56,885 nt of DNA from Gemmatimonadota bacterium (GTDB lineage: Bacteria; Gemmatimonadota; Gemmatimonadetes; Gemmatimonadales; GWC2-71-9): positions 1-56,885 of the forward strand of contig JBDHDE010000011.1 in assembly GCA_039591655.1 (NCBI GenBank), given 5' to 3'. Position numbers and translations under genes: made by a program. The notes under the pieces are model-generated. The model saw nothing but the letters and a program-made list of their open reading frames with translations, made no database searches and was not told where the DNA came from. Below are positions 48,627 to 56,885 of the stretch, one piece after another. Every line of letters starts with the position of its first letter. The stretch's first letter is position 1.

Positions 48627-49538
48627 ATGCCGAAACGAGATTTTCTGCAGGTTCCCGATCTCACCGCCGACGAGATCCGCGAGCTGTTCGACCTTGCAGC
48701 GGCGATGAAGTCCGGGACGTACGACCGGCGCCCACTCGTCGGGAAGACCCTCGCCATGGTCTTTGCCAAGAGCAGCACCCGCACCCGGGTCTCCTTCGAG
48801 GTGGGGACGTTCCAGTTGGGGGGACACGCGCTGTTCCTGTCCAGCCGGGACCTCCAGCTGGGTCGGGGGGAGCCCATCAAGGACACGGCCCGTGTGCTGT
48901 CGCGGTACGCCGACGGCATCATGATCCGCACGTACTCCCACAAGGACGTCGTGGAGCTCGCGCGGTACGCGACCGTCCCGGTGATCAACGGACTCACCGA
49001 CCACCTCCATCCCTGCCAGGCTCTGGCCGACGTGCTGACCATGCGGGAGGCCCTCGGTGGCCTGGAGGGGAGGACCGTCGCATGGGTAGGCGATGGGAAC
49101 AACGTGGCCAACTCCTGGCTCCACGCCGTGAGCGTCCTCGGATTCGAGTTGCGCCTCGCCTGTCCCGAGGGGTACGAGCCGGACCGGGAGATCTTCGAGC
49201 GGGCCAAGCGGTCGGCACAGGTGTCCATGTACGAGGATCCCGAGGAGGCCGTCGCCGGCGCCCACGTCGTGAACAGCGACGTGTGGGCGTCGATGGGACA
49301 GGAGGGAGAGGCCGACGCGCGCAAGCTAGCGTTCAAAGGCTATACCGTCGACGCCGCGCTGATGAAGCTCGCCGCGCCCGAGGCGATCTTTCTCCATTGC
49401 CTGCCGGCGCACCGAGGCGAGGAGGTCACCGACGAGGTCATCGAGGGTCCACAGTCTCGAGTGTTCGACCAGGCCGAGAACCGGCTCCATGTGCAGAAGG
49501 CGCTGATGGTGAGACTCATGGGAGGGGAGGAAGGGTGA
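48627..49538 (+). CDS. argF: Ornithine carbamoyltransferase
   Basis: SSTRTRVSFE, HPCQALAD, GDGNNVANS, DVWASMGQE, HCLPAHRGEE, AENRLH. Confidence 0.95.
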   Translation: MPKRDFLQVPDLTADEIRELFDLAAAMKSGTYDRRPLVGKTLAMVFAKSSTRTRVSFEVGTFQLGGHALFLSSRDLQLGRGEPIKDTARVLSRYADGIMIRTYSHKDVVELARYATVPVINGLTDHLHPCQALADVLTMREALGGLEGRTVAWVGDGNNVANSWLHAVSVLGFELRLACPEGYEPDREIFERAKRSAQVSMYEDPEEAVAGAHVVNSDVWASMGQEGEADARKLAFKGYTVDAALMKLAAPEAIFLHCLPAHRGEEVTDEVIEGPQSRVFDQAENRLHVQKALMVRLMGGEEG

Positions 49539-50656
49539 TGAGCGGGGATACGCTGAAGCGCACGCCGTTCCACGACCTGCACGTTGCTCTAAAGGGCAAG
49601 ATGGTGCCGTTCGCGGGCTATGAGATGCCGGTCCAGTACCCCATGGGAATCACCAAGGAGCACTTGGCGGTTCGCTCCGGCATCGGGGTGTTCGACGTCT
49701 CGCACATGGGTGAGTTCGAGGTCACGGGCCCGGACCGCAACGCGTTCGTGAACCGCCTGACATGCAACGATGTGGCGGCGCTGGAGGACGGACAGGCCCA
49801 GTACTCGGCACTGCTGAACGAGCACGGCACGTTCATCGACGACTGCATCGTGTATCGGTTCGACGACAAGATCATGCTGGTCGTCAACGCCGCGAACCTG
49901 GAGAAGGACTGGGAACACGTCGTCGCAAGGAAGGAGGGCGTCAACGTCAGGGTGAAGAACATCTCCGACGACGTAGCGCTGCTCGCCGTGCAAGGTCCGC
50001 AGAGCGAAGGGCTGGTGCAGTCGCTCAGCCAGGAGAACCTCTCGGAGGTCGCTTATTACCACTTCACGGTGGGCCAGGTGGCCGGCGTTGAGTGCTTCAT
50101 CGCCCGCACGGGCTACACCGGCGAGGACGGCTTCGAGCTCTACTTCCGGCCCAAGCATGCCGAGGTCATGTGGTACGCTGTGGTGGGTCAGGGGCGTGGG
50201 GTACCCTGCGGGCTCGGTGCCCGCGACACGCTGCGTCTCGAGGTGGGCCTGGCGCTCTACGGCAACGATATCGACGACACGATCAACCCCTACGAGGCGC
50301 GGCTGGGCTGGATCGTGAAGCTGAAGAAAGGGGCGCCGTTCGTCGGCAAGCACGCCCTGGAGCAGATCAAGGCCAAGGGTGTGACCCGCAAGCTGGTGGG
50401 GTTCATCCCCACCGAGAAGCGCGCCATCCCGCGCCACGGCTACGACGTGTATCTGAAGGATCACAAGGTGGACGTCGTGCGGAGCGGCGGCTTCAGTCCG
50501 TCGTTGGGCTGCGGGATCGGCACTACGTATCTGCCGACCCACTCGACCGATGCCGGCACCACGATCGAGATTGAGGCACGCGGCAAGCGGGTGGAGGCTG
50601 AGGTGGTGAAGCTGCCGTTCTACACCGAGGGGAGTGTCAAGAGGAAGAAGAAGTAG
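49538..50656 (+). CDS. gcvT: Glycine cleavage system aminomethyltransferase T
   Basis: KRTPF, FAGYEMPVQY, EH.AVR, FDVSHMGE, RTGYTGEDGFE, GLGARDTLRLE. Confidence 0.95.
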   Translation: MSGDTLKRTPFHDLHVALKGKMVPFAGYEMPVQYPMGITKEHLAVRSGIGVFDVSHMGEFEVTGPDRNAFVNRLTCNDVAALEDGQAQYSALLNEHGTFIDDCIVYRFDDKIMLVVNAANLEKDWEHVVARKEGVNVRVKNISDDVALLAVQGPQSEGLVQSLSQENLSEVAYYHFTVGQVAGVECFIARTGYTGEDGFELYFRPKHAEVMWYAVVGQGRGVPCGLGARDTLRLEVGLALYGNDIDDTINPYEARLGWIVKLKKGAPFVGKHALEQIKAKGVTRKLVGFIPTEKRAIPRHGYDVYLKDHKVDVVRSGGFSPSLGCGIGTTYLPTHSTDAGTTIEIEARGKRVEAEVVKLPFYTEGSVKRKKK

Positions 50657-50660
50657 CCCT

Positions 50661-51149
50661 GTGGCCCTGCGCATCGCGGTGCTCACGGTCTCGGACCTCG
50701 GCGCGGCCGGCAAGCGCGAGGATACCTCGGGCGACGCCGTCACAGCGTGGGCGGTGGATCATGGCTTCGAAGTCGTGGCGCGGGAGATCGTGCCGGACGA
50801 GAGCGACCGCATCGCAGCACTGCTGGTGCGTTGGGCCGATGAGGAAACAGCCGACCTCATCATTACAACGGGCGGGACGGGACTGGGGCCGCGGGACATG
50901 ACGCCGGAAGCCACCCAGGCGGTGTTGGAGCGGGAGGCGCCGGGCATTGCCGAGGCGCTCCGGGCCGCCGGCCGCGAGCAGACGCCATTCAGCGTCCTGT
51001 CGCGCGGTGTGGCAGGGACGCGGGCGGCGGCGCTGATCGTGAATCTCCCGGGGAGCCCCGGCGGCGTGCTGCACGGTCTCCAGGTGTTGGAGCCGGTCGT
51101 TGAGCACGCGGTGAAACTCCTGCGCGGCGAGCCGACGGAACACGGATGA
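50661..51149 (+). CDS. mog: Molybdopterin adenylyltransferase MogA/MoaB
   Basis: AVLTVSD, REDTSG, VPDE, TTGGTGLGPRD.TPEA, LSRGVAG, NLPGSP. Confidence 0.9.
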   Translation: MALRIAVLTVSDLGAAGKREDTSGDAVTAWAVDHGFEVVAREIVPDESDRIAALLVRWADEETADLIITTGGTGLGPRDMTPEATQAVLEREAPGIAEALRAAGREQTPFSVLSRGVAGTRAAALIVNLPGSPGGVLHGLQVLEPVVEHAVKLLRGEPTEHG

Positions 51150-52684
51150 CGGATCGGGTTCTGCTGACCATGGACGACCTCGAGACCGCGGTGCGGTGCA
51201 ACGCGGCGTTCGAGGAGGCCGGCTATGAGACGGTGCTGGTCTCGTCCCAGGACAATGCCCGGGACGTATTCCGCAAGGCCGACCCGGACGTAGTCATCCT
51301 CACGGGCGCGCTGCACGAGCATCGAGCCGAAGCGCTGGTGGCGCTGGCCCGGGAGAAGCCCATCTCTACGCTGGGGCTGATTGAGGAGTCCAGCCCCGAT
51401 CCCGTTCAACCGGCCCGGCACCTGGGCCTCACCGCCTGGATCGTCAAGCCGGCGAGCCCGGCGGATGTGGTGGCGGCCTCTGGCCGGCTCATTGCCCGGC
51501 GACGGCTTCAGGAGCACACGGGCATTCTGGGTGAGAGCGCGGCCATCCAAGAGGTGCTCGTGAAGATCGAGCAGATGGCGCCGGTGTCGAGCACCGTGCT
51601 GGTCGAGGGCGAGTCGGGCACCGGGAAGGAGTTGGTCGCCAAGGCGACCCATCACCTCTCGCCCCGGCGGGAGCGGCCGTTCATCGCAGTGGACTGCGCC
51701 GCTCTGCCGGAGACACTGCTGGAGTCGGAGCTGTTCGGCCACGAGAAGGGCGCATTCACCGGCGCGGCGGAGCGGCGCCTCGGGCGGTTCGAGCTGGCCG
51801 ACGGTGGGACTATCTTCCTCGACGAGATCGGCGACATACCACCGGCGCTCCAGGTCAAGCTGCTGCGGGTGTTGGAGGATCGGACCTTCTTCCGGGTGGG
51901 CGGCACACAGCCGATCCGCGTTGACGTGCGAGTGGTTGCGGCAACGAATCGGTCGCTCAAGGAGGCGGTGGTCGCCGGGGATTTTCGGGACGACCTGTTC
52001 TACCGCCTCAACGTGTTGAGCATCTACCTGCCGCCGCTGCGGGAGCGGAGAAGCGACATCCCGATCCTGGTGAAGCGATTCGTGCACGATCTCGCCCGGG
52101 AGCACGGGCGCTCCTTCCGGGGGATCTCGCCTGAGGCGACGCAGATCCTGGTGGACGCCCACTGGCCCGGCAACGTGCGGCAGCTGCGCAATCTCCTCGA
52201 GTCCATGGTGGTGCTGGCGCCGGATCGCCAGATCCAGCCCAGCGACATCCCCACCGAGGTGCGGGAAGGTGGCACGCGACTGCTTCCGATGCGCGTGCCG
52301 GGAAGCACACAGAGCGTGCCGGGCAAGGAGCTGGAGTTCATCTTCCGCAGCCTGGTTGAGCTCAAGCTCCAGATCGAGGACCTGCGCCGGCAGATGCACG
52401 AGGAGCCACGACGGGTGGAGGTGGTGGACGTCGGGCGCCGGCCCGCGTTCGACGACTTCGCCGTGAGCGAGGTGGTCGAGGTCAGAGAGGGTGATGGCGG
52501 TGTGCCGCAGGACGAGCGGCACCGCGTCATATACCGGCCCGGCATGAAGATGGCTGACGTGGAGCGGGCGGCTATCGAGGCGGCGCTGATGGAGACCCGG
52601 GGGAACCGACGCCGGGCTGCGGAAAAGCTCGGCATCGGGGAGCGGACCCTCTACCGCAAGATCAAGGAGTACGAGCTGGGCTAA
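51146..52684 (+). CDS. Sigma54-dependent activator with atypical receiver-like N-domain
   Basis: [37 protein letters not shown], Fis HTH; the N-terminus has receiver-like spacing. Confidence 0.88.
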   Translation: MTDRVLLTMDDLETAVRCNAAFEEAGYETVLVSSQDNARDVFRKADPDVVILTGALHEHRAEALVALAREKPISTLGLIEESSPDPVQPARHLGLTAWIVKPASPADVVAASGRLIARRRLQEHTGILGESAAIQEVLVKIEQMAPVSSTVLVEGESGTGKELVAKATHHLSPRRERPFIAVDCAALPETLLESELFGHEKGAFTGAAERRLGRFELADGGTIFLDEIGDIPPALQVKLLRVLEDRTFFRVGGTQPIRVDVRVVAATNRSLKEAVVAGDFRDDLFYRLNVLSIYLPPLRERRSDIPILVKRFVHDLAREHGRSFRGISPEATQILVDAHWPGNVRQLRNLLESMVVLAPDRQIQPSDIPTEVREGGTRLLPMRVPGSTQSVPGKELEFIFRSLVELKLQIEDLRRQMHEEPRRVEVVDVGRRPAFDDFAVSEVVEVREGDGGVPQDERHRVIYRPGMKMADVERAAIEAALMETRGNRRRAAEKLGIGERTLYRKIKEYELG

Positions 52685-52901
52685 CGGGGGCGGCCTCCTC
52701 CCCCGTGTACTCCAGCAACTCTCCCGGCTGACACTCCAGCTCGCGGCACAGCGCGTCCAGGGTCGAGAAGCGCACGGCCCGCGCCTTGTTGGTCTTCAGG
52801 ATCGACAGGTTCGCGATCGTGATGCCGACGCGCTTCGCCAGCTCGGTGAGCGTCACACGGCGCTCCACGAGCAATCGGTCGAGGTGCACGATGATGGGCA
52901 T
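52662..52901 (-). CDS. Xre/Cro HTH regulator (YozG-like)
   Basis: LTELAKRVGITIANLSILKTNKARAVRFSTLDALC..L.CQPG.LLEY. Confidence 0.9.
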   Translation of the reverse strand: MPIIVHLDRLLVERRVTLTELAKRVGITIANLSILKTNKARAVRFSTLDALCRELECQPGELLEYTGEEAAPVSPARTP

Positions 52902-52911
52902 GTCGACCGTC

Positions 52912-53538
52912 CTAGACCGTGAGGGCCTGGTCTTCGCGCATGCCCGCCCCGATGCGGAACACCTCCCCGATGACGAGCAAAGCGAGGCCGAGGAAGATCA
53001 CCTCGACCGTGAAGCCGAACTCGATGCGAATCTCGACGCCACTGGTCGAGAGCGCGCTCCGGAGGTAGAGCGACTGGCCGAGGCCGAGCACGGCACGGCC
53101 GATGTCGAAGGCGATGACCACCAGACCGATCAGCCGCAGGCGGGTGGCGTTGGCCCGGACGAAGGGATCGCCAGCCGCCAGGGTCGCGAAGATCTTGCGG
53201 AGCTGATGGATCACGACGAGCATCCCGCCCGCCCAGAGGAAGGCCATCCCCATCCAGGCGATCACCAGGAGCCGGCTCGCGGAGTGCAGCGCCAACGTGC
53301 CTTCGGTCCCCCGGATCCGGGCGCTCTCCAGGCCGAGCCGCGCCGACTCGATGGTGTAGGCAGCCGGGTCGAGGCCGAAGGGAACGGCGAAGTCGAGCCT
53401 GGCGGCGGCCGGGTTACCCACCAGGGCGAGAGCGGTCTCGATGGCCACGGCGGCCAGCGCCAGGATGGTCAGGTACCAGGCGATCTCCAGGATCACCCTG
53501 AGGGCTGCCGCGATGGAGTCCTTCCCAACCGGCTGCAT
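52912..53538 (-). CDS. DUF2975-like membrane protein
   Basis: Four TM segments, GDPF...NA.RLR.IG, EVFR.G..MREDQ.LTV; sits directly before the YozG-like gene, a known pairing. Confidence 0.8.
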   Translation of the reverse strand: MQPVGKDSIAAALRVILEIAWYLTILALAAVAIETALALVGNPAAARLDFAVPFGLDPAAYTIESARLGLESARIRGTEGTLALHSASRLLVIAWMGMAFLWAGGMLVVIHQLRKIFATLAAGDPFVRANATRLRLIGLVVIAFDIGRAVLGLGQSLYLRSALSTSGVEIRIEFGFTVEVIFLGLALLVIGEVFRIGAGMREDQALTV

Positions 53539-53642
53539 GATGCCTCCGTGGATGCCGCTGTGAGGCCCGTGAGGCCCGTTTCCGGCCCGTTCCCGAGCCG
53601 GTGGGAGCCCCAGGGCGTCCCACGAAACGTGATTACCGCTAA

Positions 53643-53671
53643 ACGATAAACTTTTATCGTAACACAATCAA
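53643..53671 (-). promoter_or_regulatory. Sigma70 promoter overlapped by a palindromic operator for the DUF2975-Xre operon
   Basis: Minus strand TTGATT, 17-nt spacer, TATCGT; perfect IR ACGATAAA-CT-TTTATCGT (53643-53660). Confidence 0.7.
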
Positions 53672-54010
53672 GTATTGGTGGAGTCGGGTCGCATTCTGGG
53701 GGGCCGGGCGACTCGTCGGATTTGGTGATCTTCCTCACAGACCGGGTTTGCCCTTTACCCGAGCAATAGGCTGTAAACAGTGCAGGTACGGCCAGGGCAT
53801 CCGGGGGGCCGAGCGACCCTGTGGGGACCGGGTGCGATTGGTGGAGGCCTCCGGATCATCCGGGACGTGAGAGTCGTCCACGCCTTCCCTGGCGGCTTTC
53901 CGGACCCTCAATGCCCGACCGGCCAAGCTGTTCACGGAGTGTCACTTACGCCATGGGTGCGCCATGGCGGCCAGAACCTCCACAGGCCCTGCGCCCGGGC
54001 CGGTCTACAG

Positions 54011-55696
54011 GTGCGATTCGAGATCAACGATCGCTGCGTCAGCTGCTTGGCATGCGTGCGGGTGTGCCCCGCGCGGGCCATCGCGGTTGACGGAGAACGG
54101 GTGCACATCGTCGAGGACTCGTGTATCCGAGCCGGGTCCTGCGTCACGGCGTGTCCCCACGAGGCGATCGACGCGGTTGGGGACCTGGCGGAGGCCCTGG
54201 CGGCGGCCGAGCGCGGGGACGCGGTGATGGTGTTGAGCGTGGAGGCGGAGGTGCACTTCCACCCGCACACCCCGGAGCAGCTGGTCAATGCCTGTTACCG
54301 TGCCGGGTTTCGGACCGTGCACCGCGGGGTGCTGGGAGACGAGCTTGTCGCCGAGGAGTACCGGCGGCTGTTCCACGATCCCGGGTGGGGCACGATGATC
54401 CGCTCCACCTGCCCGGTCGTGGTGGAGCGCGTCCGGCATGAGTACCCGGAGCTGGTGCCGTACCTGGCGCCGGTGAAGACCCCCCTGGCGGCCGAGGCCG
54501 CCTACCTGCGAAGCCAGCACGGGCCTGACGTTCCCATCGTCTATGCCGGTGTCTGCGTCGCTGAGGCCGGCCACGTGGACGCAGTCGTGACGTACGAGGA
54601 GCTCGGCCAGTTGCTGGAAACACAGGGCGTGGATGTGGCGAGCCAGCCGCGCCACTTCCGGCGCATCCCGGAGGTGCGCCAGCGGTATGTGAGCACTGCC
54701 GGCGGGCTGCCGCTGCCGGTGCTCGACTTGGAGCCCCAGACCAGCCGCCGATTCCGCAAGGTGCGGGGGCTCGGTGCGCTTGACGTGATCGCCAGGGCGG
54801 TGGCGGTGGACCGGCTCGACCTAGGCTTCGTGGACCTGTTGCCGTGTGAAGGTTGCCTGGATCACCCGCTCCTGGGCCCCCGGGAGGAGCTCTATCTTCG
54901 GCGCCAACTAGCCCAGGACGCGGAGCCCCCCCGAAGCCCCCTCCCGGTGGTGGATCCGGAGGTCGAGGTCCCGGTGGGGGCGGCATTCGAGTTCGTGCAG
55001 AACGGCAAGGGGGCCAAGCCCAGCGAGGTGGAGAAGATCATCGCCGAGATCGGCACGGCCCCGGGCGGCGCGCATTGGGACTGTGGGGCGTGCGGCTACG
55101 CCACGTGTGAGCGGTTCGCGAAGGCGCTACTCACAGGCCGCGCCACCCTCAGGCAGTGCCCCCCCTGCCAGGAACGGAGGGCTGAGGAGGCCCGCCGCCA
55201 GGCGGCCGTGGACGACCTGACGGGGCTCGCCACGTACCGCGTACTCCAGGACCGGCTCCCCCAGGAAATGGCCCGGAGCTTCCGGACCAAGGAGCCCTTT
55301 GGGCTGCTGTTCCTCGACCTGGACCAGTTCAAGCTGGTGAATGACGTGTACGGGCACGAGGCCGGCAACAAGGTGCTGTCCTCGGTGGGCGAGGAGCTGA
55401 GACGGCTGATGCGGAAGACCGACGTCGCCGCCCGCTACGGCGGGGACGAGTTCGTCGTCGTGCTGGTGGGGACGGGGGCGGATGGGGTGAGGCACGTAGG
55501 GGAGGTGCTACGGGAGAACGTGGAGAGCATCGGGCGGTCCCTGGGATTCCGACTGGGGAGCGTCACGGCCTCCGTGGGGGCGGCCACATACGATCCCCTG
55601 GCCGGGGGCCCCCTGGATGTGCTGGACGCAGCCGACAAGGCCCTGTACAAGGCCAAGGCCGAAGGCGGCAATAGGGTCGTGGTAGCGGGTCCATGA
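54011..55696 (+). CDS. Ferredoxin + FeFe-hydrogenase-large-subunit-like + FeS domain fused to a GGDEF diguanylate cyclase
   Basis: CVSCLACVRVCP, CIRAGSCVTACP, IRSTCPVVVE...PEL.PYLAPV, PCEGC, DCGACGYATC...CPP, D.LTGL, DLDQFK.VND.YGHEAG, RYGGDEF. Start GTG 54011 inferred. Confidence 0.85.
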   Translation: MRFEINDRCVSCLACVRVCPARAIAVDGERVHIVEDSCIRAGSCVTACPHEAIDAVGDLAEALAAAERGDAVMVLSVEAEVHFHPHTPEQLVNACYRAGFRTVHRGVLGDELVAEEYRRLFHDPGWGTMIRSTCPVVVERVRHEYPELVPYLAPVKTPLAAEAAYLRSQHGPDVPIVYAGVCVAEAGHVDAVVTYEELGQLLETQGVDVASQPRHFRRIPEVRQRYVSTAGGLPLPVLDLEPQTSRRFRKVRGLGALDVIARAVAVDRLDLGFVDLLPCEGCLDHPLLGPREELYLRRQLAQDAEPPRSPLPVVDPEVEVPVGAAFEFVQNGKGAKPSEVEKIIAEIGTAPGGAHWDCGACGYATCERFAKALLTGRATLRQCPPCQERRAEEARRQAAVDDLTGLATYRVLQDRLPQEMARSFRTKEPFGLLFLDLDQFKLVNDVYGHEAGNKVLSSVGEELRRLMRKTDVAARYGGDEFVVVLVGTGADGVRHVGEVLRENVESIGRSLGFRLGSVTASVGAATYDPLAGGPLDVLDAADKALYKAKAEGGNRVVVAGP

Positions 55697-55830
55697 CGTT
55701 AAACTGTCTTTATGGTGGGCCCATGGTGGCTTTACCATCCAGCGAACCGATTGTAGGACTAACGGAGAACCCGAACTGCCGGACGGGCGGCGATTTCGGG
55801 GTGCTCGCGAGTGAGGAGAAGGAGCTGCTC

Positions 55831-56556
55831 GTGAATGCCAGCGAAGCGAATCTGCAGCCGAATCCGGCACCCGACCGTCCGGCAGGGGGGCGGGCCGACC
55901 CTTGGGGGGTCAGGCGGGCCGAGAACCTGGTGACCAGTCTCCAGGGCGTTCTCTCGGCCCGGGTGGAGGTATCACCCATGGGCGAGGTCACGGCGGTGCA
56001 CGTGCTGACGCACTCCGGCCTCGCGCCGAAGCAGGTGGTCCGCAACGTCGAGAGCGCGCTGCTGGCGCAGCTCGGGCTCAAAGTGGACCACCGGAAGATC
56101 AGCGTCGCGCAGACAGCCGAGGTCAAGCCCATCGAGGCGCTCGAGAAGTCGGTTGTGCGCGAAGAGGCGGCGCGGCGCCACGTGGTCTTCAAGGGAGTCG
56201 AGGTGGTCTCATCGGGTGAGAGCCGGGTCGTCGTGCGTGTGACCCTGCTCGCGCAGGGAGAAGAGGCGTCCGCCGAGGAGGAGGTCGCCAACACTCACAG
56301 GGCGCGCATGACCGCCGCGGCCCGGGCCTCCTTGAACGTGCTCAACCGGCTGTTGACGTTGGGCACGCTGGACCTGGACGGCGTGAGGCAGGTCGAGGGG
56401 TTCGATTCCCGCGTCGTGCTGGTCGCGGTGCACGCCCTAGAAGGCCGTAACAGCCACATGGTTCTGGGCACGGCGACAGTGCAAGAGAGCGCGGAGCGCG
56501 CAGCGGTGCTGGCGGTACTGGACGCCACCAACCGCTGGGTGCAGTGGCGGACGTAG
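55831..56556 (+). CDS. Hypothetical cytoplasmic protein
   Basis: AAGGAG SD before GTG; motifs VHVL...PKQVVRNVESALLA..G..VDHRKISVAQ and A...AVLDATNR look like a conserved family. Confidence 0.75.
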   Translation: MNASEANLQPNPAPDRPAGGRADPWGVRRAENLVTSLQGVLSARVEVSPMGEVTAVHVLTHSGLAPKQVVRNVESALLAQLGLKVDHRKISVAQTAEVKPIEALEKSVVREEAARRHVVFKGVEVVSSGESRVVVRVTLLAQGEEASAEEEVANTHRARMTAAARASLNVLNRLLTLGTLDLDGVRQVEGFDSRVVLVAVHALEGRNSHMVLGTATVQESAERAAVLAVLDATNRWVQWRT

Positions 56557-56823
56557 ACTCGACACGGGTATACGCAGGCCCCACACGAGCAGCGCTGGGG
56601 CGCTGAGATAGAGACCTAGACTGGTCGACGTCGCTTCCCAAGCCCTTGTGGGAAGGCGTTCGACCAGGGAAGGAGGAAAGGGAGCCCCCGGGAGAGGTCA
56701 AGCACCGTAGCCAGGGGAGCGAAGCGGATCGGTCAGCAGGATGAGCGAAGCCTCGAGCATACCATAGCGGGGTATGCTACTCCACGGCGCAGTCGTTGGC
56801 TGCCGAAAGGAGGTGAGGCTGCA

Positions 56824-56885
56824 ATGTCATTCGTCTGGCTCGCCGCTCTATTTCAGAAGCTGGCGTATTTCTTCTTGGCTAACGG
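56824..56885 (+). CDS. Small hydrophobic peptide or protein start (3' truncated): MSFVWLAALFQKLAYFFLANG...
   Basis: Near-perfect SD AAAGGAGGTGA (56806-56816) 7 nt before the ATG; frame is open to the window end; not listed in the ORF track. Confidence 0.6.
   Translation, partial: MSFVWLAALFQKLAYFFLAN

Noticed and set aside
48605..49537. 683-aa GcvT with a long N-terminal extension
   Set aside because: The extension is an off-frame reading of argF; GcvT similarity starts at ATG 49538.
54011..55210. Catalytic FeFe hydrogenase
   Set aside because: H-cluster motifs are degenerate and no maturases are present in the window.
56700..56806. c-di-GMP-I riboswitch
   Set aside because: Only a loose resemblance (GCGAAGCCTC...TAGCGGGG); the GNRA-capped stem and tetraloop receptor could not be identified by eye.

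Overview
GC-rich bacterial chromosomal window; the gene content and order suggest Gemmatimonadota or a relative (inference). About 33 kb is a type IVa pilus locus: comEA-pilB-pilT-pilC, a minus-strand minor-pilin operon (fimT-pilV-pilW-pilX), pilS-pilR, a five-gene glycosylation cassette (one GT2 plus four GT-C-type membrane proteins, two of them TMTC/DUF1736-like), two tandem major pilins, a second pilV-pilW-pilX set, pilMNOPQ and two lipoprotein genes sharing a duplicated module. Housekeeping genes follow (aroC, aroK, topA, trmFO, xerC, a membrane/spermidine-synthase fusion, hslV, hslU, argF, gcvT, mog). The window ends with a sigma54 activator, an Xre/DUF2975 pair, an FeFe-hydrogenase-like Fe-S protein fused to a GGDEF domain, a hypothetical gene and a small ORF cut off by the edge. 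Three intergenic regions carry a nested-hairpin repeat whose stem arms differ between copies but stay complementary. No rRNA, tRNA, CRISPR array or transposase was seen. Best candidates for undescribed biology: the TMTC-like glycosylation cassette beside the pilins, the Fe-S/GGDEF-hypothetical-small peptide module (with a MshEN-type PilB as a possible c-di-GMP target), and the repeat family. All calls come from reading motifs by eye; no database searches were run.
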